This document shows positions 15,029 to 22,881 of a DNA stretch of 32,000 bases, in pieces. Numbering within the stretch: the first letter of the stretch is position 1; each line of letters starts with the position of its first letter. The stretch lies in the NCBI GenBank assembly GCA_030688545.1, contig JAUYHT010000006.1, forward strand, positions 180,001 through 212,000, written 5' to 3'. The DNA is from Candidatus Iainarchaeum sp. (GTDB taxonomy: Archaea; Iainarchaeota; Iainarchaeia; Iainarchaeales; VGJJ01). The translations under genes were made by a program, and so were the position numbers. A model generated the notes under the pieces. It ran no database searches. It saw only the letters and a list, made by a program, of their open reading frames with translations, and was not told the DNA's origin.

Positions 15029-15745
15029 ATGATTTCCTTGAAAGGCAAGGTGGCTATCGTCACGGGGGGCACCAAGGGCATTGGAAAAGGGATCGCTGAT
15101 TCATTATCTTCCTATGGGACCAAAGTGGTCGTGTGCGCCACTTCCAAAAAGCGGACCAAGCACCATTTCATCCAGGCGGATGTGTGCCGTCCGGAGGATG
15201 CCGAGCGCGTGGTAAAAGAAACCCTGAAGAAATTCGGCCGCCTCGACATCCTTGTGAACAACGCGGGCATATACCCCTTCGTCCCCTTTCCCCAGATGAC
15301 ATTCGACCAATGGCAAAAGGTGATGGACACCAACCTCAATGGGGTATTCCATTTCACTAAAGCGGTATTACCGCACATGATGAAAAAGAAATATGGAAAA
15401 ATAATCAACATCGCCTCCATCGCAGGGGTTGTTGTCGGTTTCCCGGCGCTCGTGCACTATTCCACGACCAAAGCGGGGTTGATGGGGTTCACCCGGGCGG
15501 CGGCTCTGGATCTGGCGCCCTACAAAATTAACGTAAACGCCATCGCACCTGGAGCTATTCGCACGCCCGGGGTGAAAAAGGGGTTGGACGCCAAAGCCTT
15601 GGAAAAATTGACCCACATCATCCCTGAGGGAAAACTGGGGGCCGCCGCCGATATCGGGGAAACCGCCGCTTTCCTTGCCGCGGACGCATCCCAATATATC
15701 ACCGGGCAGACCATCATCGTGGATGGCGGATTCACGGATGTGTGA
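15029..15745 (+). CDS. Short-chain dehydrogenase/reductase (FabG-like classical SDR)
   Basis: TGGTKGIGKGIA cofactor motif, NNAG, and catalytic S..YSTTK. Length is 238 aa. Confidence 0.9.
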   Translation: MISLKGKVAIVTGGTKGIGKGIADSLSSYGTKVVVCATSKKRTKHHFIQADVCRPEDAERVVKETLKKFGRLDILVNNAGIYPFVPFPQMTFDQWQKVMDTNLNGVFHFTKAVLPHMMKKKYGKIINIASIAGVVVGFPALVHYSTTKAGLMGFTRAAALDLAPYKINVNAIAPGAIRTPGVKKGLDAKALEKLTHIIPEGKLGAAADIGETAAFLAADASQYITGQTIIVDGGFTDV

Positions 15746-15932
15746 AGGAATAACCTATTTCATTCCCATATCCTCATCCCCATTGTCCAGGATGTGTCCA
15801 GCATATTCATCCATTATGGGTGTCAACACCCCCACGACCTGAATCATTCCTGGCACAACCCTATTTCTTTTTAGATGCTCGGACCCCTTTTTCTCTATCA
15901 GCCCTCTTTAGTTAGGGGAAAAAGAGCCCATT

Positions 15933-17519
15933 ATGGATATCATCATCAAGCACCTCTCCATCAGTATCGGGAAACAGGACCTCTTCCACGACGAAAACGT
16001 GGGCATCGCTCCCGGGGCCAAAGTGGGCATCATTGGCCGAAATGGGGTGGGGAAGAGTACCCTCCTCAAAGCGATTGTGGGAAAAGCGGATTATAATGGA
16101 AAAATCGACTACTCGGGGAAGGTGGGGTACTTCCCCCAGCATGTCGAATTAGATCCGGAGGCCACCTTCCTCCAGGAATTGGAGCGCGGGCTCCCCACTT
16201 CCCACCATGCGACACGTATTCAGGAGATTGAAACCCTCATGGGGGATCCAAAGGTGTATACGGACATGCCCCGCCTCACCGCCCTCACCGAGGAATACAC
16301 CACCCTCCAGACCCGCGTCCAGAAGGAATCCCGCTCCCGCCACGACATGGATGTGCAGGAAGTCTTGTCTAAATTGAAAATTCCCGAATCCATCTTTTCC
16401 CTCAAAACGAAAGAGTTAAGCACGGGCCAGCGTGCCATCCTCGCCCTTGCTAAGATATTCTCCGCGGACTGCGACATCCTCTTATTGGATGAACCCACGA
16501 ACCACTTGGATTTTGACCGGTTGGCCATTTTGGAGGATTACCTGCGTTCCTTCAAAGGCACCGTGCTGGTCGTCACGCACGACCGTTTTCTCCTCAACCG
16601 GGTGGCGGACACCATCCTCAAGATAGAGAATGGGAAGATCCTCAAATTCAATGGAAACTACGACACCTACTTGCGAGCTCGAGTCGACCAATTTTATGCC
16701 CAGCAGAAGGTCTTCGCCAATGAACAGAATTATCGCCGCGTCCAGCTCGAAAAAATCAACCGCATTGGTACTGCGCCCAAGAACGTGCGTCAGAGCGAAT
16801 ACCGCCGGAAAATGTTGGACGCCCGGGAGAAAGTGGCGGCCCCCGACATGGACAAGAGTGCGTTTGCCGTGCGATTCGATTCCAAGCCCATGAAGGCCCC
16901 TTACGTGATGGAGACGAAGGATTTGGACGTGGGATACGAGGAACCCCTCATCCGGCGCGTCACGTTCGCTATCGGGGCGCGTCAACGATTCGTTATTATT
17001 GGCCCTAATGGGTGCGGGAAAACCACGTTCTTGAAAACCATCGCCCGAAAGATCCCCCCGCTCGAGGGAAAAATTACCTTTTCCAGCGAGACCATCATCG
17101 GGTACGCGGATCAGGATCTGCAAGGCTTGAACGAAACTAAAACCCTGTACGAAGAAATCTATGCCCTCCTCCCCGACCAGGCCCTCGCGCGGGCCAACCT
17201 ATCCATGATTGGATTCAAGAGCACCGAAGAGGTGGAGCGCCCCATTTCCTCTCTTTCCATGGGAGAAAAATCCAGGCTCAATTTGCTGAAGATTCTCCTC
17301 CACAAGCCCAACTTCCTCCTATTGGACGAGCCCACCAACCATTTGGACATCGACGCCCGCGAGATCATCGAGAACGCCTTCCTCCATTACAATGGAACCA
17401 TCCTCGCCGTCTCCCACGACCGCTACTTCATCCACAAAGTCGCCAACCGCGTCGTGAAAATAGAAAACAAGCGGTTGATTGATGTGCCCAAGAAATTATC
17501 GCTCTCTTCTTTTACCTGA
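15933..17519 (+). CDS. ABC-F family ATPase (two fused ABC domains, no TM domain)
   Basis: Walker A GRNGVGKST and GPNGCGKTT. Signatures LSTGQRA and LSMGEKS. Walker B LLLDEPTNHLD appears twice. An ~80-aa Arg/Lys-rich interdomain linker is typical of ABC-F. Confidence 0.9.
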   Translation: MDIIIKHLSISIGKQDLFHDENVGIAPGAKVGIIGRNGVGKSTLLKAIVGKADYNGKIDYSGKVGYFPQHVELDPEATFLQELERGLPTSHHATRIQEIETLMGDPKVYTDMPRLTALTEEYTTLQTRVQKESRSRHDMDVQEVLSKLKIPESIFSLKTKELSTGQRAILALAKIFSADCDILLLDEPTNHLDFDRLAILEDYLRSFKGTVLVVTHDRFLLNRVADTILKIENGKILKFNGNYDTYLRARVDQFYAQQKVFANEQNYRRVQLEKINRIGTAPKNVRQSEYRRKMLDAREKVAAPDMDKSAFAVRFDSKPMKAPYVMETKDLDVGYEEPLIRRVTFAIGARQRFVIIGPNGCGKTTFLKTIARKIPPLEGKITFSSETIIGYADQDLQGLNETKTLYEEIYALLPDQALARANLSMIGFKSTEEVERPISSLSMGEKSRLNLLKILLHKPNFLLLDEPTNHLDIDAREIIENAFLHYNGTILAVSHDRYFIHKVANRVVKIENKRLIDVPKKLSLSSFT

Positions 17520-17682
17520 ATATAAAACCATTCACAGGCCCTCTAGATGCCACCTGGGGGTTTGGCCGTAGGAGTGGAACTGCTTCCTATCCCATTTATT
17601 ATTATTCCTATTGTGAGGCTCTTTCTTTATGGAAGGATTTGACAGGATTGCTTGCCATTTTTGAATCTCGTATTGAAGCACG

Positions 17683-17692
17683 TTTAATAATA
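17683..17692 (+). promoter_or_regulatory. TATA box (tttaataata)
   Basis: Centre lies ~25 nt upstream of ATG 17712. Confidence 0.5.
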
Positions 17693-17711
17693 CAAGATTC
17701 TTCCTTCAAAG

Positions 17712-18572
17712 ATGGGCGACCCAACCGTTCCTGTCTCAGTGGCCATCCAAAGGCTGAAAGATTTTGGAATAATCGATTGGATAATGATAAAAGCCATCGG
17801 GCCCCGCGAGACTATCTATGAATCTGAATTGAGGGTCATATTGGCAGCGATCAACAAAATGGGTGCTGAAAACATTAACGAAATTCTTTCGTGCTATACC
17901 AATGCTACTCTTAACCAATATGTGAATCTCACATTATCTAGACAAATTCGGATCAGGAATCCTCGTGATTCATTGTCTATCTTTTCCTTTTTGAGGGTAT
18001 TTTCAACTCCCCTGGGTCGTCTCTTGAAAGACACTCGAATCAGAGGGGGCGGGTTTTCCCTCCGTTATTCGGAACTAGATGCGGACTCACCTTTATTTGG
18101 AGCGCTCGAAATTCTAAAAAAACCCCATCAGAGAGGAAGAGATTCAGTGAAAGTTGCTCGGATGAATTTCGACCTTTTTTTGACCCCGAGTAGGAAACCT
18201 GGTGTGATACTGGGAAATGTGCAAGGGGGATCGGCTCATCTTGTGAAAGAATTCACGCAAAAAAATGGACGGTTGCTCGAGTATTTTTTAAAACGGTTTA
18301 CGGAAACTTTTCCCACACCCGAACAACGACGTGCATTGAATCCTCGTCGTCATCACGGGTATAGGAATCTTGAGCGGGAATATGTCGCCAATTCAATGTT
18401 GGAAAGGGGCAAACTCACTCAAATGGAATATGATGAAGAGAGCCCTGAGATGAAGGCAAAAGTGGCTCGAGAGATGCAACGAATCAAAACGGCCGCCACT
18501 GGAGCCCATAAAAGTGCATTCAAGAAAGCTGGATACCGAAGCTCCAAAAGAAGATACTGGAGATTAAAATAA
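17712..18572 (+). CDS. Hypothetical protein (286 aa), basic C-terminus, no recognisable family
   Basis: Long ORF with a correctly spaced TATA. G+C is visibly lower than in neighbouring genes, and the gene lies next to tRNA-Asp. Confidence 0.55.
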   Translation: MGDPTVPVSVAIQRLKDFGIIDWIMIKAIGPRETIYESELRVILAAINKMGAENINEILSCYTNATLNQYVNLTLSRQIRIRNPRDSLSIFSFLRVFSTPLGRLLKDTRIRGGGFSLRYSELDADSPLFGALEILKKPHQRGRDSVKVARMNFDLFLTPSRKPGVILGNVQGGSAHLVKEFTQKNGRLLEYFLKRFTETFPTPEQRRALNPRRHHGYRNLEREYVANSMLERGKLTQMEYDEESPEMKAKVAREMQRIKTAATGAHKSAFKKAGYRSSKRRYWRLK

Positions 18573-18666
18573 AACGTTAGGTTGACATTAATCCTCAGCA
18601 ATTTTAAACAAAGCCCGTAAGTTGTCAAGGTGTTCTGATATTGAGGGCGTTGAACCCAACATCTTA

Positions 18667-18737
18667 CGCCCGCTCCGGGAATCGAACCCGGGCCTCCACC
18701 GTGACAGGGTGGAATCCTACCGCTAGACGAAACGGGC
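18667..18737 (-). tRNA. tRNA-Asp (anticodon GTC), 71 nt, no intron, CCA not encoded
   Basis: Hand-folded cloverleaf: acceptor GCCCGTT/AGCGGGC, D arm GTCT-AGCGGTA-GGAT, anticodon arm CCACC-CTGTCAC-GGTGG, 4-nt variable region, T arm CCGGG-TTCGATT-CCCGG, discriminator G. Confidence 0.85.
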
Positions 18738-18758
18738 CGCTTTCGATCGGCCGCACCG
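18735..18758 (+). repeat. Module fragment A8 on the opposite strand, overlapping the first 3 nt of tRNA-Asp
   Basis: GGCCGCTTTCGATCGGCCGCACCG contains the module 5' hairpin (GGCCG-N8-CGGCC) plus the GCACCG core. Confidence 0.45.
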
Positions 18759-18792
18759 TGGAACATGGAGAGATTCACGAAGCGTTTTTCGC

Positions 18793-18813
18793 GAGCCTTT
18801 TCCTAAAAGGCTC
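18793..18813. repeat. Palindromic T-run hairpin GAGCCTTTT-CCT-AAAAGGCTC
   Basis: Same hairpin family as 1975-2124. It lies in the tRNA-Asp upstream region. Confidence 0.5.
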
Positions 18814-18864
18814 CTTCGAATCCTCGGTGGGCCGAACGTAACTACAAAGAATCGTGAAAAAAGC

Positions 18865-18872
18865 ATTTAAAA
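18865..18872 (+). promoter_or_regulatory. TATA box (atttaaaa)
   Basis: Centre lies ~26 nt upstream of ATG 18895. Confidence 0.5.
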
Positions 18873-18894
18873 GGCGGTGGGCCGGAAGAAGAGA

Positions 18895-19479
18895 ATGCCA
18901 ACCCCTTCCAACTTGTTCTATGCCCCCGACCGGGATACTTGGAGGAAGTGGCTCCAAAAACACCATGCGACCGCGAAAGAAATCTACTTAGTGTACTACA
19001 AGAAGGGTTCCGGCAAGCCCCGCGTGTCCTATAAAGCGGCCGTGGAGGAGGCCCTCTGCTTCGGGTGGATTGATTCCACGGCAAAAGGTATTGACGATGA
19101 ACAGTACGCGCAGCGCTTCTCCCCAAGAAGAAAAAAATCATTCTGGTCCGAACCCAATCGGGAGCGCGTGCGCATGCTCATGAAACAAAAAAAAATGACT
19201 CCCGCCGGGTTGGCCGTGTTTCCACATCATGAGGATACGACCTCCCACGCTAAGAAATTCAAAGAGAAGCTCGTGATTCCCAAGGATATTGAGAAGGCCC
19301 TCAAAAAGGACCCGGAGACCTGGAAGCACTTTCAATCTTTCGACAAGACCTACAAACGTATTCGTGTGGGTTGGATTGATGCGGCGCGGAAGCGGCCTGA
19401 GATTTTTGCACAGCGTTTGAACTATTTTTTGAAGATGACCAAAAAGGGAAAGCGTTATGAAATGATGGAAAAAAAATAA
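18895..19479 (+). CDS. YdeI/OmpD-associated (OmdA) family protein
   Basis: ..FYAPDRDTWRKWLQKHHATAKEIYLVYYKKGSGKPRVSYKAAVEEALCFGWIDS..RFSPRRKKS.WS..N matches the family pattern. ATG 18895 is preferred to the track's GTG 18877. Confidence 0.75.
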   Translation: MPTPSNLFYAPDRDTWRKWLQKHHATAKEIYLVYYKKGSGKPRVSYKAAVEEALCFGWIDSTAKGIDDEQYAQRFSPRRKKSFWSEPNRERVRMLMKQKKMTPAGLAVFPHHEDTTSHAKKFKEKLVIPKDIEKALKKDPETWKHFQSFDKTYKRIRVGWIDAARKRPEIFAQRLNYFLKMTKKGKRYEMMEKK

Positions 19480-19561
19480 TTCCCTCTCCCCTGCTCCCCA
19501 GGTCCACCCCATTTGGAGGTAATATGCCGGATTTATATAGGGGGGGCGTATAAAGCGTCGG

Positions 19562-20032
19562 ATGAACCTGGATATGGCGAAGAGATTCACCCCGCGTCAA
19601 TTAAAGGCCGCCAAACTCTCCGGAACCTGGGGGGTAATCGTGGGGGCCACCACCTTAATCATCAACGCCGCTCCCTCTACCGCGTTGATCATCCTCGCGA
19701 TCATCATCCCCCTCAGCCTCTTGGTGCCCGTGGTGATTGGTTTTATCACGGCTCGCGACGATTCAAAAAACAAAAAAGTTGGAACGGGGGAAGCCGTCAA
19801 AAGAACGGCGCCGATTGGAGTAGTATACGCGCTGGTGATGATCGCCATCGGATTGTTTTTCACCGTGTTCAATTATATGGTGGCCGCCCTCGTGTGGGGA
19901 GATGGTGACATTCTCATTGAAGGCATTCTCGTCGTGGTTGGAACATTGATTATTGGCCTTCCGGTCATGGCCATCATTGGAGTGCTAGGTGCCGCCATTG
20001 GGGGCGCGATTTATTCAGTCACGAAAAAATAG
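19562..20032 (+). CDS. Integral membrane protein (4 predicted TM), unknown function
   Basis: Hydrophobic, Gly/Ile/Val-rich ORF with no family recognised. Confidence 0.5.
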   Translation: MNLDMAKRFTPRQLKAAKLSGTWGVIVGATTLIINAAPSTALIILAIIIPLSLLVPVVIGFITARDDSKNKKVGTGEAVKRTAPIGVVYALVMIAIGLFFTVFNYMVAALVWGDGDILIEGILVVVGTLIIGLPVMAIIGVLGAAIGGAIYSVTKK

Positions 20033-20050
20033 TTTTTGCAATTTTTCATT

Positions 20051-20875
20051 TTAGCAGCTGCATTCCTGCTCTCCCGTTTCCCAGTTACTGGTGACGTAGC
20101 CACAGGCCGTGCACGTGTAGTTCTGGCATCGGTAGCACCCGCCGCACTGGCTGTCACCCTTGCATTGGACGGTTTTGCACGCTCCCGAACTGCTGCAAAT
20201 GCCGGTTGAACCGCAGTCCGAATCCGTCGAGCATTCTTCTCCTTCGTTGCTCGCACCAGGACCTACAAATTGGCAGTCTTCGAAGCAACTATCCTTCGTC
20301 TCCCAGGGATCGCACACGTTGTTTCCACAATTTGGCCGAAAGGTCTCAAGGGAGCAATCCGAAGGGCAATAGTCCGCGTCCTCTCCCGGCTGGCATGCGT
20401 CGTCGCCGCAGGAGGTACCTAAAATATTTTGCAAGGAGCAATCCTGGGGACAACTCTCATATGATTCCCCACCCTCGCACACCCCATTCGCACATTGAAA
20501 ACCGGCGTACGGGCAATCGCCCGGGCAGGTTTCATAGGCCTCCCCATTGTCACATATTGTATTCCCGCATACTGCCGCCGGCAGAACCGAAGGCCCGCAG
20601 TCCTGCGGACAAGAAGTGCTCGTTTCTCCTGGTTCGCACTCGGTGTTTCCGCAGATGTTCCCAAGTTCATTGACTACGCTGCAGTCCTGCGGGCACGTTT
20701 CACGTGATTCTCCCCCTTCACAGATGTGGTTTCCACACGTGAAGGTTAAGGCTTGGACAGGATTCGTATTGACCGTATTCGTCGCGCCCGGGGTTGTATC
20801 ATACGTGTTATTGTTGAGGCAGCCGCTAACTAACAGTAGGCCAAATAAGAGAACAAAAATAGCATTTGCTTTCAT
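20051..20875 (-). CDS. Cys-rich secreted lipoprotein candidate with six CGN..C..GE....CP.DC modules
   Basis: MKANAIFVLLFGLLLVSGC has a signal peptide with a lipobox-like LVSGC. It is followed by six C-x4-C-x9-C-x3-C modules and a Cys-dense C-terminal knot. ATG 20875 sits ~27 nt downstream of TATA 20898-20906. Confidence 0.75.
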   Translation of the reverse strand: MKANAIFVLLFGLLLVSGCLNNNTYDTTPGATNTVNTNPVQALTFTCGNHICEGGESRETCPQDCSVVNELGNICGNTECEPGETSTSCPQDCGPSVLPAAVCGNTICDNGEAYETCPGDCPYAGFQCANGVCEGGESYESCPQDCSLQNILGTSCGDDACQPGEDADYCPSDCSLETFRPNCGNNVCDPWETKDSCFEDCQFVGPGASNEGEECSTDSDCGSTGICSSSGACKTVQCKGDSQCGGCYRCQNYTCTACGYVTSNWETGEQECSC

Positions 20876-20897
20876 CACGAGCACGAAGCATTATGAA

Positions 20898-20906
20898 TTA
20901 TTTAAA
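20898..20906 (-). promoter_or_regulatory. TATA box (tttaaataa on the minus strand)
   Basis: Spacing to ATG 20875 is ~27 nt. Confidence 0.45.
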
Positions 20907-20930
20907 GGTGTTGTCGGCATCAAAACCAGA

Positions 20931-21398
20931 TCAGGCTTCATCCAAGACTTTCAGCACATCTTCTGCGTGCCCGGCAGGGGATACCTTGGGGAAGACTTTG
21001 AGAATCGTCCCATCTTCATCCAGGACAAATGTGCTCCGAATGATGCCCATGAATTTTTTCCCATATAGGCTTTTCTCTCCCCAAGCCCCATAGGCTTCAA
21101 TAGCGTTTCTTTCAGGATCTGCGAGTAGGATAAAATTCAAATTGTATTTTTGTATAAATTTTTGGTGCGAGGCTTCATCGTCCTTGGAGATGCCTAATAC
21201 AACCGTGTTTTTTCGTTTGATTTTGGGGAGCGCATCTCGAAATTCACAGGCTTCCGTGGTGCACCCGGGCGTGTCGTCGCGCGGGTAAAAGTACAGCACC
21301 ACTTTCTTTCCCTTGAAATCGGAAAGTTTGACGGTTTTTCCGTCGGCATCCTTCAATTCGAAGGCGGGGGCTTTGGTTCCTTCTTTTGGCATGGTCAT
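20931..21398 (-). CDS. bcp: Peroxiredoxin, Bcp/PrxQ type
   Basis: ..[21 protein letters not shown].. has the PxxxTxxC active site with the second Cys five residues on. Length is 155 aa. Confidence 0.9.
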   Translation of the reverse strand: MTMPKEGTKAPAFELKDADGKTVKLSDFKGKKVVLYFYPRDDTPGCTTEACEFRDALPKIKRKNTVVLGISKDDEASHQKFIQKYNLNFILLADPERNAIEAYGAWGEKSLYGKKFMGIIRSTFVLDEDGTILKVFPKVSPAGHAEDVLKVLDEA

Positions 21399-21445
21399 GA
21401 GCTATATCCACAAGGATTTTTTTATATGGAATATTCCCCAAAAAA

Positions 21446-21838
21446 TTATGAAAATGATTTCCCGCACCCGCAGCTCCCGTGCACATTGGGGTTGTTCACG
21501 GCGAATCCCGCTCCTTGCAGGGATTCGGAGTAATCGATGGTGCTCCCTTTCAGCATGGGTTCGGACATCTTGTCCACGTACACCGGGACCCCGTGGAATT
21601 CCAGTTTGATATCAGATTCGTGCGGGCTATTTTCAAACGTGAGCGAATAGGTGAATCCCGAGCATCCCCCAGGCAATACCTGCACGCGTAAGCCATACCC
21701 TTCCTTGTTCTCCCTTATCATGAATGCCTTGAGCTTCTCCGCCGCTTGGGGTGTGAGTTCTACGATATGTTGGGTCTTCAGTAACGTATTCGCGCCGACC
21801 GTGGCGCCGCCGGTGGTGGTGCAGGCATCATTCATCAT
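21446..21838 (-). CDS. Iron-sulfur cluster insertion/assembly protein, IscA/HesB (A-type carrier) family
   Basis: ..GLRVQVLPGGCSGFTYSL.. and the C-terminal GSCGCGKSF signature. ATG 21838 is preceded by GGAGGG. The track's upstream extension is unlikely. Confidence 0.85.
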   Translation of the reverse strand: MMNDACTTTGGATVGANTLLKTQHIVELTPQAAEKLKAFMIRENKEGYGLRVQVLPGGCSGFTYSLTFENSPHESDIKLEFHGVPVYVDKMSEPMLKGSTIDYSESLQGAGFAVNNPNVHGSCGCGKSFS

Positions 21839-21964
21839 ATCCCTCCGATATCGTATCCTGGAATAAAGAGTTAAAAAAAGCACTGGATAAAAGGGGCCTG
21901 CGGGATTGCGAGGCAATTCCCGCGAGGTGGTCTTCTGTTCAATCGAATGGTAATTTGGAAATAT

Positions 21965-22132
21965 TTATTTGTTCGACAGATTGTTCTTCTTCACGAAGGC
22001 CCATAACTTCTTGGTCATCTCACTTGGCGGGATAGGCTTGTTCCCCATGATGTCCTCGATTGAGTCATTCCGCCCGGCGAAACTGATACTGTACCCCCCG
22101 AAGGCGGGTTTCTTCTTTGCAAATATAGCCAT
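21965..22132 (-). CDS. 55-aa ORF resembling the N-terminal half of a SWIB/MDM2 domain
   Basis: Below the track cutoff. Own translation: MAIFAKKKPAFGGYSISFAGRNDSIEDIMGNKPIPPSEMTKKLWAFVKKNNLSNK. The G..P.P.SE..KKLW..VKKNNL pattern matches the SWIB helix 1-2 region. GGGAGTGA lies upstream. Confidence 0.45.
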   Translation of the reverse strand: MAIFAKKKPAFGGYSISFAGRNDSIEDIMGNKPIPPSEMTKKLWAFVKKNNLSNK

Positions 22133-22216
22133 GATCCATCACTCCCGCGCCCGTTTAGCGCCACGTACCGCTACTCAATCGCAACAAGAGTTAAAAACCA
22201 CACCCCCTTTTGGGCG

Positions 22217-22756
22217 TTATTCTGTAAGGGGGGAACGGGCGATTTCAGGGTAGGACACTTTTCCTTTCTCCTCCATAGATACCAGAAGAGAAAAAAATCG
22301 GGGGTAAAAAGGGATGTCAACCCCATGCGCGATAGGAATGGGGGGTGGGGGATAATTGGCTTTTTTCCTCCGGAACAACGTGACGTGCGGAATGAATTCT
22401 TTCATATCGTCATAAGGAAGTATGGGTGCGCAAACCGCCCGCAATGATTCCAGGAAACCATTTTCGTCCCGTGCAGGAACATAGCATACGTTCTTTCCGA
22501 AATAATACAATTGCTTCCCCCCAATCCAAATGGGTTGGGTGGAAGGAAATATCGTGCGCGAAAATATCTTGGCAATCATGGGGATGCGCGTGCGGGGAAC
22601 ATCCCCCATGTAATGGAGTGTGAGGTGATAATTTTCTCTTGGAACAGGCTTCCACCCCCCACGTACCATCACATCCCTAAAGGGAGTGGCATACGCCGCC
22701 TCGATATCCTTCCGTATTCCGGAAGGGAATTTCAGGGCAAAGAAAAGGGGGGGCAT
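22217..22756 (-). CDS. 2H phosphoesterase (LigT/ThpR-like RNA 2',3'-cyclic phosphodiesterase / 2'-5' RNA ligase)
   Basis: Two H-x-T-x motifs are present (YHLTLHYMG and IPHVTLFRR). ATG 22756 is ~26 nt downstream of TATA 22779-22786. The track start at 22819 is less likely. Confidence 0.75.
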   Translation of the reverse strand: MPPLFFALKFPSGIRKDIEAAYATPFRDVMVRGGWKPVPRENYHLTLHYMGDVPRTRIPMIAKIFSRTIFPSTQPIWIGGKQLYYFGKNVCYVPARDENGFLESLRAVCAPILPYDDMKEFIPHVTLFRRKKANYPPPPIPIAHGVDIPFYPRFFSLLVSMEEKGKVSYPEIARSPLTE

Positions 22757-22778
22757 CCTATTTTGTTGAACGTCCCGG

Positions 22779-22786
22779 TTTATACA
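22779..22786 (-). promoter_or_regulatory. TATA box (tgtataaa on the minus strand)
   Basis: Spacing to ATG 22756 is ~26 nt. Confidence 0.45.
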
Positions 22787-22881
22787 ATTTTCTGGCAAGA
22801 AACCAAACCTCTTCCTCATTTGTCCTTCCGATCTGGCCCCCGGCCGATTCCTTCTTATTGGTGAAGGGATTTTCCATTCCT

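Noticed and set aside
16482-17123. 213-aa minus-strand ORF, and similar long antisense ORFs at 8391-8837, 8883-9338, 20547-21068, 25611-26069 and 5901-6227
   Set aside because: All lie antisense within strongly supported genes (ABC-F, platform, Cys-rich protein, thioredoxin-like protein, ATPase). Their Arg/Gly/Pro-rich composition is typical of shadow frames in GC-balanced DNA.
21839-21967. Possible stop-codon readthrough fusing the SWIB-like ORF to IscA (same reading frame, single TAA between them)
   Set aside because: The intervening translation (IFPNYHSIEQKTTSRELPRNPAGPFYPVLFLTLYSRIRYRRD) resembles neither the rest of a SWIB domain nor an IscA leader. IscA has its own GGAGGG-ATG start at 21838.
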